Assembly (NCBI GenBank): GCA_016933455.1
Contig: JAFGAZ010000015.1
Location: forward strand, 11,583-75,582
Length of the DNA stretch: 64,000 nt
DNA from: Candidatus Aenigmatarchaeota archaeon
Lineage (GTDB): Archaea; Aenigmatarchaeota; Aenigmatarchaeia; Aenigmatarchaeales; Aenigmatarchaeaceae
Reading direction: 5' to 3'
Shown here in pieces: positions 44,801-51,815 of the stretch. The position numbers and the translations under genes are program-made. How positions within the stretch are numbered: position 1 is the first letter of the stretch; each line of letters opens with the position of its first letter. The notes beneath the pieces are model-generated. The model made no database searches. It was not told the DNA's origin and saw only the letters and a list, made by a program, of their open reading frames with translations.

Positions 44801-45014
44801 AATTACAAAGAACGATACAAGATGTGTTATGCCAGATGGTCCTGTTTGTGACAATTGTGGCAACTCTGTTCCTGAAATAGAGATACCGACATTTAACATA
44901 CAAATGCCAAAGTTCACTGTACCTACATTTAGCTTTACAAAACCTTCTTTCGACTTTTCTAAGACTGTTTTCAAGATACCTAGCATAACATTCTCATCTT
45001 TCCTTAGAAGATAG
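41856..45014 (+). CDS. giant secreted Cys-rich protein (1052 aa) with PKD-like N-domain, disintegrin-like domain and repeated Cys-rich modules
   Basis: Has a signal peptide, a PKD-like INWGDGT motif and ICDNDIDDDCDGLVDCDDPDC. The disintegrin-like region begins VCGNGIVETGEDCDPGEDVSGDCCDATC and is followed by six disintegrin-loop-like repeats. Later Cys-rich blocks include FCNG/WCNG-type repeats. The C-terminus is a P-x-F periodic tail with no TM segment. Confidence 0.85.
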   Translation: MKASSIAFVLSVFFVSTIIISTIVFAGQAVYSIDVEQPVPGSNVINPVDITGIWHVSAPQGNIEQYNVQINWGDGTVVDIVNINRTEAGETQQTQEFFGNFSTLVLTDCDSDDGEDNCNVGLLSHTYGGEYLCQQTDVTVKLYHSTPPGTESSGDAQVNFILIPGIDEICDNDIDDDCDGLVDCDDPDCDGDPACPVQVCGNGIVETGEDCDPGEDVSGDCCDATCHYETSSYTCRDSVGVCDMPEQCTGSSALCPEDSFMSSSTVCRSGSGDLCDPDETCTGTDASCPADQISPAGMVCNYGSGDMCDPDETCTGVAGEACPVDSIMPYMTVCRSGSGDLCDPDEMCTGIEDMPCPEDNVASSDTECRQAAGICDVAETCTGVVGQTCPTDSFLSSSTVCRVSAGDCDLTEMCTGSSADCPDDAFVPQGTLCLDGSYCNGEEKCDGFGVCQSGSAVSCISNDISEIATCFNTPDGNDYTWDSRNPFTSICVDDDENTGHCTTGDDTVTSACDYEQCNAECDETHACDDSSCEETYDDYCDGFVLTEYDSDKIKDSTTVSDSCPNTCLGDCTCTDCDTDCSAPATSTYCVKDVCDAECDSDDDCDVTDCDYLDGCYGKDYYDYSDAENTCLGDCSCTVNSCTSPSISQNDARCTECQTDSDCDSKDRDYCVGTAVKHDEGRCVDYECSVETTTVQECDDTLWCNGDETCSNAACVSGTAPNVDDGVDCTIDSCDEANDVIINTPDDSYCDNGLWCDGQETCDISLGCQAGTAIDCSDDLFCTVDEYCDDDSDSCAFSPRDCSGNNIEGIATCNNDPDNNPFTWDYRSAFESSCDDENDVCTVGDSEISYTCHDCDLTDGIGTSLEERCCAECDQDSDCVQSTGYCDYENMTYCSRDSYGTCGDDCGCIDDAWSCDASEYCLYCDHCGDGEVNCGEDCEVGDQGDRCLPEGASIFTCINGDSYETPEFDVCTQTCEWDGCTQIITKNDTRCVMPDGPVCDNCGNSVPEIEIPTFNIQMPKFTVPTFSFTKPSFDFSKTVFKIPSITFSSFLRR
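42453..43154 (+). repeat. disintegrin-like domain plus six tandem ~33-aa repeats C-[RN]-x(3,4)-G-x-C-D-x-x-E-x-C-T-G-x(4,5)-C-P-x-D
   Basis: The repeats begin at Cys235, 267, 300, 334, 368 and 401 of the ORF. Examples are CRDSVGVCDMPEQCTGSSALCPED and CRSGSGDLCDPDETCTGTDASCPAD. Confidence 0.8.
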
Positions 45015-45274
45015 TTGTCTTATTCTTGTATAGCAAAAATCGATAAATTATTTAAAGAACATGCGTTCTGTAATAGTTTTGTATTGATTCTGTACTAACA
45101 TTGTGCGTAATTTGTCTCAGTGGGGATTAAATAATTTTTTTCATTCATTTAGTTTATGCTTAACTTTCTACAAGTTAGAGCGCCGAGGAGGGGCGCTATA
45201 ACAAGCCGAGGTTCACCGCGAAGCTTAGGCTTTCCTAGGGAAGCAAAATACCCAAATGATATGGTGAAAACAAA

Positions 45275-45865
45275 ATGAATAGCAAAATAATCGCAGCATT
45301 AGTTGGTTTGATGATGTTGTCAACACCTGTTTTCGCAACAGGCTGTTCTGGACCTGACTGCGTTATGCCAAACGACGGAAGCATAGACACATCATTTACA
45401 GGAAGTGGATGGAATGTTTGGTTTAATGACATGACAATAGTCGAGGAATGCCCATTCGATAGTGATACACTCACTGGAGATGACGTAATAATCGAAGATA
45501 TATCTACAATGTTCGGAGAAATGTCTGTTTTGCAAAACATAAACATTGAAGACAACAGAAGGTCACCAACAGAGGTTGTTTTGAATGCACAAATCGGCGT
45601 AACTCCATGGATGTTCTCAAATGCATACGTAGACACATACGCAACATGGGATAACGATGGATCTGTGTTCAGACAAGCAACATTGGGCGACGTGACAAAC
45701 GTAGTCAGTGTAGGTGCAAGCGAGGGTACATTTGTGGACAATTTGGCATACAAGGACACAATAAATGTGTACAAGTCAATTGGTTTGAACACATACAACA
45801 TATGCGACATTCATACAGTACACTCAGTCGACACACCCACATGTGATTGGTGTCAGACAGATTAA
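45275..45865 (+). CDS. secreted hypothetical protein (196 aa)
   Basis: Signal peptide MNSKIIAALVGLMMLSTPVFATG, with SD GGTGA upstream. The fully overlapping antisense ORF 45235-45810 was rejected. Confidence 0.65.
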   Translation: MNSKIIAALVGLMMLSTPVFATGCSGPDCVMPNDGSIDTSFTGSGWNVWFNDMTIVEECPFDSDTLTGDDVIIEDISTMFGEMSVLQNINIEDNRRSPTEVVLNAQIGVTPWMFSNAYVDTYATWDNDGSVFRQATLGDVTNVVSVGASEGTFVDNLAYKDTINVYKSIGLNTYNICDIHTVHSVDTPTCDWCQTD

Positions 45866-45878
45866 TAGAAAACCCTTG

Positions 45879-45904
45879 ATTTTTTTTCTTTTCCTTTTGT
45901 TTTC
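45879..45904 (+). terminator. oligo-T terminator candidate
   Basis: The run attttttttcttttccttttgttttc follows the stop at 45865. Confidence 0.45.
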
Positions 45905-45962
45905 AGGAAAAGACGACAAGCATTTAAAGATTTGTAATTAATTACAACCAAAAGGTAATGAA

Positions 45963-46802
45963 ATGAAAACAACAATGATAGCAACCTTGATTATGTTTAC
46001 TCTATTTAGCACTATGGCCTTTGCAACTTCTGTTAGCACAGATTACGAAGGCGTAGGAGAGTTCTCAATGGAAGTTACGATAGCTTCGTCAGTAAATCCT
46101 GATATAACAGACAGCGTCCACATAAACGCAGGTTGCTGCGGCACATGCTGCTGTCCTAACGAATGCTGCCCTGCGATCGGAGAAATAGGAGAATACCAGG
46201 GCAATTTGTTTATGACAAACAATCCCTTTTCGGTTTCATATCATTCAGCAGATGTCACCGAGGGTTGCGTTGACATAGACCAATATTATACCGATGTGAT
46301 AGGTGATATGACCATTCAGAGCTACTATCATACACACCTAAACGGCACAGGCACTGCGGAATCATACATGTTTTACGTTGTTCCTGGAGCAGCAGCTAGC
46401 ATACAGCTAGCAAACGGTACAGGAACTTCTCATGTTTCCTTTGGTCAGATAGCCTATGTAGGAACTGACTATGATTTTTCAGCAGAATATGGCGGAACTG
46501 TTTGGGCTTGCGCTCCTGGCTATGCTGGACTTTACAACGAGTACTATTACAGCGGCGGTCAGATTTACTACAGCAGCCAGCTTGGACTTTACTGCTCCCC
46601 GACTGACGGCAGCAAGATGAGCAGCTCTTTGTTTGCATCATCAACTGACAGCTTCAATCTGACAAGCGAGTTGCAGGTGGGTGATGTTGAGAATTGCCAG
46701 GAAGCAGGGGTTGAAAACGGTACTGCAGAATATGGATTTACTGCAAACTTTTACGACATGTTCGATGATGTTTATTTCGGTTTTGATATGATTTTAGGGT
46801 GA
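45963..46802 (+). CDS. secreted hypothetical protein (279 aa) with a CCGTCCCPNECC cysteine cluster
   Basis: Signal peptide MKTTMIATLIMFTLFSTMAFATS, with SD AAGGTAATGA. The mature part is Y/G/S-rich. Confidence 0.65.
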   Translation: MKTTMIATLIMFTLFSTMAFATSVSTDYEGVGEFSMEVTIASSVNPDITDSVHINAGCCGTCCCPNECCPAIGEIGEYQGNLFMTNNPFSVSYHSADVTEGCVDIDQYYTDVIGDMTIQSYYHTHLNGTGTAESYMFYVVPGAAASIQLANGTGTSHVSFGQIAYVGTDYDFSAEYGGTVWACAPGYAGLYNEYYYSGGQIYYSSQLGLYCSPTDGSKMSSSLFASSTDSFNLTSELQVGDVENCQEAGVENGTAEYGFTANFYDMFDDVYFGFDMILG

Positions 46803-46806
46803 TTTA

Positions 46807-47874
46807 ATGAAAAAAACTATATTAGCAACAATAATGGGAATAATGCTGTTATCTACGCTTGCGTTGGCAGACCAGGTTAACATGAACATAAGCGTGAACG
46901 GTGAGGCAAACCTAAACATAACAGTTGATGCAGACGATACAGAAGCAAGGGCAATGATCGCACAAATGCAGCTCGATGCCTACGGAACCATGACAGGCTC
47001 CGGACCTGCTGACATGATACTTGACGAGATACAGACAGGTGAGGGAAACCCCATAGTGACAACAGAAGGCATGAACACGGTTTATGATCTTTGCGAGGAC
47101 CCCTTCCTCAAGAACTATCTTGGAAACATAGGCGAACTTCCCCCTCTCGACTTTGTGGATTATGTAAAGGCATTGGGATACGATGACGAGGCTCACATAA
47201 ACCTCATATGGACAATATGCCAGCAAAAATACATAGCTGAGAAAGAAGAGAGATGGTCATCTGACACAGGAGTTCAGGTAAACGACATGGTGAGGTTCAT
47301 AGCAGGCGGCATAGAGTGGCTTGTTAGCAGGGACCCAACGCTTCCTGACGGATACAAGAAGATAGGAAGCTCAATGGATAGCTACTTTGCAAGCGACAAG
47401 GATGTGTGGATTTTGGTCAATAAGATAAAGGAACTCGAGGTAAGGCTTGAGACTTTGGAAAAGACCATGGAAAGAGTGGACACTGAGACGTACTGTGATG
47501 CAAAGCTTGAGGCAATGGACAAGTACAACCTAAGCTATGTAAAGTGTGGAGAGAACTCTACCATATACGCACAGGTAAATCCAGATGAATTCGGCATTGG
47601 AGTTGTTGGTTACACGACCAACGAGGTCAGATGTGAGGAAGACTGGACATGCACAGAGTGGGGAGAATGTGTTGACGGCGAGATGAACAGGGTGTGCACT
47701 GATGCGAACCTTTGCGGAACAACAGATAACATGCCTTTGCAAACGCAGGGATGTGTTGAAATAGAGATTATGGCAGAAGAAGACAAGTCAAACGCACCTC
47801 AGTTTTCTTACCTGTCAATGACAGCTGCTCTTTCGAACATTCAAGGTTTTCTTTTCCCATTGTTTATTGTTTAG
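46807..47874 (+). CDS. secreted protein (355 aa) with coiled-coil segment, TSP1-like Cys module and hydrophobic C-terminus
   Basis: Has a signal peptide, and starts 4 nt after the previous stop with SD GGGTGAT. The Cys module is CEEDWTCTEWGECVDGEMNRVCTDANLCGT...C (47632-47754). The protein ends ...GFLFPLFIV. Confidence 0.7.
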   Translation: MKKTILATIMGIMLLSTLALADQVNMNISVNGEANLNITVDADDTEARAMIAQMQLDAYGTMTGSGPADMILDEIQTGEGNPIVTTEGMNTVYDLCEDPFLKNYLGNIGELPPLDFVDYVKALGYDDEAHINLIWTICQQKYIAEKEERWSSDTGVQVNDMVRFIAGGIEWLVSRDPTLPDGYKKIGSSMDSYFASDKDVWILVNKIKELEVRLETLEKTMERVDTETYCDAKLEAMDKYNLSYVKCGENSTIYAQVNPDEFGIGVVGYTTNEVRCEEDWTCTEWGECVDGEMNRVCTDANLCGTTDNMPLQTQGCVEIEIMAEEDKSNAPQFSYLSMTAALSNIQGFLFPLFIV

Positions 47875-47899
47875 ATGGGAAGACAGAATTTTTTTCTAA

Positions 47900-47917
47900 A
47901 TTCTCTTATAAGAGAAT
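47900..47917. promoter_or_regulatory. 18-bp perfect palindrome ATTCTCTTATAAGAGAAT, 9 nt upstream of a TATA-like ATTTAAAG (47927-47934)
   Basis: Verified by eye. It lies between the T-run after gene 46807-47874 and the SD-led gene 47993-49111. Confidence 0.4.
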
Positions 47918-47992
47918 GCTATTAAGATTTAAAGTTTAGAAGAGTAATGAATAGTAGAAATTTTTTCTTAAAAAAATAAAAGGAGTGATAAA

Positions 47993-49111
47993 ATGAATAA
48001 AAAAATATTAGCTATAATACCAGTGCTTCTAATGGCTACAGTCGCTTTGGCAGACGGTTGCCCTGAAGGATATTCGGCACAGTTTGTTGAGACACTAGAT
48101 GTTCCTTGCGATAGCACTACATCTACAACGACAAGTTCACTTACAGAAGGTGTTCAGTACATATTTGATGCAAGTGGAACATGTTTCTGGCGTGTTGAAG
48201 GATCTGCCGGCGGATATATTGCAGATTCAAGCTATTGGTTGAGACATGATTCAATATACGAAGGATGGAGAGACCAGTATTCACTCGCTATGTGGGACAA
48301 CGGCTTTGTAAACATTCCATGGATAGGAACATATGAAGGTCCAAATGCTCATGAATACGAATATGATTATGTGACATTGACATCAGGACCCGTGCAGTTC
48401 ATATTCACAGATGATCAGTATGGCGATAATTCGGGTAGTTTGAATGTTGACATATACGAGTGCGTTCGAAATATTCCGGATAGGACAGCAGAAATAACTT
48501 CTCCAGAAATAGAAGAATCTGTTTCAGAATGTTCTGTGGACTTTGACGCATACCTAATAGACGATGACTATGATGCTGTTCAATGGGCAATTAGAAAGGG
48601 AACATGTGCTGCAGGTACAAATACCGTGTTTGGAAATGTCGATGGTTTCAACAACCCATTCGATTGGATATTCGATGGCGAATATACATATAACTTCCAT
48701 GCGCAAACTGACGTTTCTGGATGGGAAACAGGAAACTATTGTTTCGTTTTCAATCCAAAAGAAGATTTGGGAGAGTCGGACATAAGATTGACAAGAGAAT
48801 TTTCCATAAGCGATTTAGACGAAGACGGAATAAACGATTGTAGCGATATGTGTCTAGATAGTCAGAAAGACTTGATGGAACTTGGTACAAACAGATGGAT
48901 GGTCGAAGATTGGACATGGGTAACAGGAGAAATAAAGGGCAAAGGAAAAGGACCCCAGCTTTCATACGACTATAAAGGTTGCACATGTAGTGACATCTTG
49001 ACATGGCTGAACGAGAACTATCCAGAAGAATATGGAAACATGGAAGGTCATTGGAAATTCGGTTGCAGCATAAGCGTCATGAACGATTTCATATCTCTGA
49101 CGTCCCAATGA
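47993..49111 (+). CDS. secreted hypothetical protein (372 aa)
   Basis: Signal peptide MNKKILAIIPVLLMATVALADG, with SD AGGAGTGAT. The C-terminal module DEDGINDCSDMC...KGCTCSDIL...KFGCSISVM is shared with the C-terminus of the 1998-aa ORF. Confidence 0.7.
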   Translation: MNKKILAIIPVLLMATVALADGCPEGYSAQFVETLDVPCDSTTSTTTSSLTEGVQYIFDASGTCFWRVEGSAGGYIADSSYWLRHDSIYEGWRDQYSLAMWDNGFVNIPWIGTYEGPNAHEYEYDYVTLTSGPVQFIFTDDQYGDNSGSLNVDIYECVRNIPDRTAEITSPEIEESVSECSVDFDAYLIDDDYDAVQWAIRKGTCAAGTNTVFGNVDGFNNPFDWIFDGEYTYNFHAQTDVSGWETGNYCFVFNPKEDLGESDIRLTREFSISDLDEDGINDCSDMCLDSQKDLMELGTNRWMVEDWTWVTGEIKGKGKGPQLSYDYKGCTCSDILTWLNENYPEEYGNMEGHWKFGCSISVMNDFISLTSQ

Positions 49112-49148
49112 TTTTTTTGATTTTTCTTTTTCTCTTTATTTTTATTAT
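49112..49148 (+). terminator. oligo-T terminator candidate
   Basis: The run tttttttgatttttctttttctctttatttttattatt follows immediately after the stop codon. Confidence 0.5.
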
Positions 49149-49261
49149 TAGTGTAAACTTTGCGTAATTTTCACATGTTTAAACATCAGCTATTTATTTC
49201 TAGAAACCAAATATATGTTAAAATGTTTTCTTTGAATTTAATCAGAAAAGGAGGTATTAAA

Positions 49262-49939
49262 ATGAAAAAATTGCTAGTATTACTACCTATATTTTTAATA
49301 GCGACAATGGCGTTTGCAAAACAAGATTGCATCACGATACAAGATCAAATATTGACATACTCGACAGGTCATTATCTAGCAGGAGAACCTTTGACAATAG
49401 GATATGACGCATATGGTTACAATTATCAGGGACACATGTTCAAAGGATCTTATTTCAATGTATATTCTGGCGGTGCAGGATTCACACCTTATGTAGGAGA
49501 AGATGAGATTTATCTAGAGGAAAATCCCGCAGCAGAAACGCATTGGGCTTGGCCTTATAGAGACATTCAAATATTAATGAAATGGAATGATGCATGGCTC
49601 AGTAACAAAGACTGTGATAATGATGGCAAGTTGGATAGATATTATGGATATTCTAGCTATATCGGTTCAGGTGCGTGGGAGACAAATCACCAATTTGGTG
49701 AATATGAAATGGATGGAAAAACTTGTACATGGAACTATTTTACAAAAATAGTCGCAGCACCCACTGATGCCAACGTAAACACTGGTTACTGGTATACAGC
49801 AGATGGAGTAGAAATCGGACCTGTTTTATGGGGTTCGTTTGCAACAATATTAGACGTATACAACGATCCATGCGCGGGTGATCATGGCGTTGAATATAAT
49901 TCACCCGCACCGACAGGCTTCGGATTTTACATGCCTTAG
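49262..49939 (+). CDS. secreted hypothetical protein (225 aa), aromatic/Gly-rich
   Basis: Internal ATG with a strong SD (AAAGGAGGT) and signal peptide MKKLLVLLPIFLIATMAFAKQ. The track ORF starts at an upstream TTG. Confidence 0.7.
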   Translation: MKKLLVLLPIFLIATMAFAKQDCITIQDQILTYSTGHYLAGEPLTIGYDAYGYNYQGHMFKGSYFNVYSGGAGFTPYVGEDEIYLEENPAAETHWAWPYRDIQILMKWNDAWLSNKDCDNDGKLDRYYGYSSYIGSGAWETNHQFGEYEMDGKTCTWNYFTKIVAAPTDANVNTGYWYTADGVEIGPVLWGSFATILDVYNDPCAGDHGVEYNSPAPTGFGFYMP

Positions 49940-49941
49940 AA

Positions 49942-49976
49942 TTTTTTTTAATTTCCTTTCTTTTTTCTTTTATTTT
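49942..49976 (+). terminator. oligo-T terminator candidate
   Basis: The run ttttttttaatttcctttcttttttcttttatttt follows the stop at 49939. Confidence 0.5.
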
Positions 49977-50008
49977 AAGCATTTAAAGTTTTGAATATAA
50001 TTTACAAC

Positions 50009-50599
50009 ATGTTGCTAAATGTTTACAACTTTTCAAAGGAAAGAAAGGAAGTTGATACAATAAAGCTACCTGTGCAAAACATAATAGTTTTCAATGAGGA
50101 TCTTTTCACACCAATTCTACTTCCAAAAAACGAAAGAAATCCTGATTCTGTTGGATATTATGATAGGGAGCTAAAACTTGGTGGTGATGCCAGTAAAAAG
50201 ATTCTTCTTGTTGATGCATTAGAAAAAGGAAAATTAAAAAATAACAACATATATCCTGCAATAACTAATGCTTCTCTAGAGGACCTAGGAAGAATGGATA
50301 ATTTGAAAATAATAAAGGAATGGAAAAAATCTGTAAACGATAAAGTTTACTTTATCGAAATAGAAGAGAAAGATTTTCGTTCCAAAAAATACGAGATTTT
50401 ACGAGACAAATTTCTTCACAAACCTGATTTGTTTACATTGTTAACTTCATATCAACTAGGTGCCGACATCGTTTCGGACAAAAGAGAACTAAGAGCTCCT
50501 GAATTGGAAGAATACACCAAAGCCTTTTTTGAAAGATGGGGAATGAAGAAAAAATTCAGAAAGCATACTTCTGAGAGCATTATTAGAAATGCAAGATGA
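50009..50599 (+). CDS. hypothetical cytoplasmic protein (~196 aa)
   Basis: ORF only. The ATG at 50009 lies 28 nt downstream of the TATA-like ATTTAAAG (49981-49988). The track start at 49991 is a TTG. Confidence 0.45.
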   Translation: MLLNVYNFSKERKEVDTIKLPVQNIIVFNEDLFTPILLPKNERNPDSVGYYDRELKLGGDASKKILLVDALEKGKLKNNNIYPAITNASLEDLGRMDNLKIIKEWKKSVNDKVYFIEIEEKDFRSKKYEILRDKFLHKPDLFTLLTSYQLGADIVSDKRELRAPELEEYTKAFFERWGMKKKFRKHTSESIIRNAR

Positions 50600-51730
50600 C
50601 TATTTTCTACTTTGTATAGACAAAATGTCCCCGTTCTCAAGAACATAGTCTGCTGACACACGCCTTTTTGTCTTGGCATCAATGGCGCCGATGAACTTGT
50701 CGCCGATATCAGAGTGCACCTTGTATGCCATGTCAAGGGCAGTCGAGCCTCTTGGCAGAAGGATGACATCAGGCAAGACATTGCCCTTCTTGTCACAAAG
50801 TTTGGACTCGTTTTCAACCGGGTACACCGCGATATAGTCCATGAAATCAAACACTGCCTTATTGAGACAGTCCTGAACTCCGGTCGAGCCGAATCTTTCC
50901 AATACCAGTTTTCTTATTGTCTCAAGCCCCTTTTTCTGCTGCTCGGAAAGCTCCTTTTTGATTTCAAAAGATTTCTTGCCAGGAATGTAATCGATAAAGT
51001 CTGCCTTGGAAGCCATTCTCAAAGTTATCTCAGCTTCAGCAGAGCAAGGTACTATTATGGTTTCGGGGAATTTTTCCTTCATTCTTTTCAGATTCTCTTC
51101 AGAACATGGAAGGTCCATCTTGTTTGCTGCTATTAGTATCGGCTTTGACAAAAACCTTAGTTCCTTTGCCAAGGCGTTCGGGTCAAGCCCCACCTTGTTT
51201 ATTGCCTTTTCAACATGCTCTGGTCTTATGCCAAGGCCCGTCAAAGCATCGCACGCCTTTTGCTTGTCTCTTATCTTTTCCAGATTCTTTTTGATTATGC
51301 TAGCAAACCACATCACTATCTCGTTCTCAAGAAAGCCGACGTCCTCAGCAGGGTCGTAATTGTCAGTAGCGTTTCCCTCGGCATCGGTTTTGCCAGAAGC
51401 GTCAACAATGTGTATTAGCATGTCTGCTTGTATGATATCGCTTAGGAACTTGTTTCCTAGACCTTTGCCCTCGTGCGCGCCGGGTATTAGGCCCGCAATG
51501 TCCCAGAGCTTTACAGGAACAAGCCTTGTGCCGTTTATGCACTGGGAATTTTTTGGGCTGCACTTTACTTTCAGCTCCTGGCACGGGCAGGGGACAGTGA
51601 CATAGCATACCCCGACATTCGGCTTTATCGTTGTGAACGGCCTTGAAGAAATCGGCACGTCTATCATGGTTGCTGCCTTAAAGAAGCTTGACTTTCCCGA
51701 GGACGGCTTGCCGCATATTGCTATTTCCAT
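50600..51730 (-). CDS. YchF/Obg-like P-loop GTPase with C-terminal TGS domain
   Basis: G1 is GKPSSGKS, G2 is FTT, G3 is DIAGLIPGA and G4 is NKMD. The C-terminal TGS pattern is LPRGSTALDMAYKVHSDIGDKFIGA. Confidence 0.8.
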   Translation of the reverse strand: MEIAICGKPSSGKSSFFKAATMIDVPISSRPFTTIKPNVGVCYVTVPCPCQELKVKCSPKNSQCINGTRLVPVKLWDIAGLIPGAHEGKGLGNKFLSDIIQADMLIHIVDASGKTDAEGNATDNYDPAEDVGFLENEIVMWFASIIKKNLEKIRDKQKACDALTGLGIRPEHVEKAINKVGLDPNALAKELRFLSKPILIAANKMDLPCSEENLKRMKEKFPETIIVPCSAEAEITLRMASKADFIDYIPGKKSFEIKKELSEQQKKGLETIRKLVLERFGSTGVQDCLNKAVFDFMDYIAVYPVENESKLCDKKGNVLPDVILLPRGSTALDMAYKVHSDIGDKFIGAIDAKTKRRVSADYVLENGDILSIQSRK

Positions 51731-51815
51731 TTGATCATCTTATACAAAGATTGCAATCCAACACATAAAAAACAGAATAAAAAATTTTATATACAGGAAT
51801 TTAGTTAATATAGTT

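Noticed and set aside
45235-45810. 191-aa minus-strand ORF completely overlapping the 45275-45865 gene
   Set aside because: The plus-strand ORF has an SD, a canonical signal peptide and the same orientation as the cluster. The minus-strand product is S/T/L-rich with no start context. The choice is still an inference.
49175-49186. 12-bp palindrome ATGTTTAAACAT in the spacer before gene 49262
   Set aside because: Palindromes of this length are expected more than ten times by chance in an AT-rich 64-kb window. It is noted only as a possible TATA-containing element.
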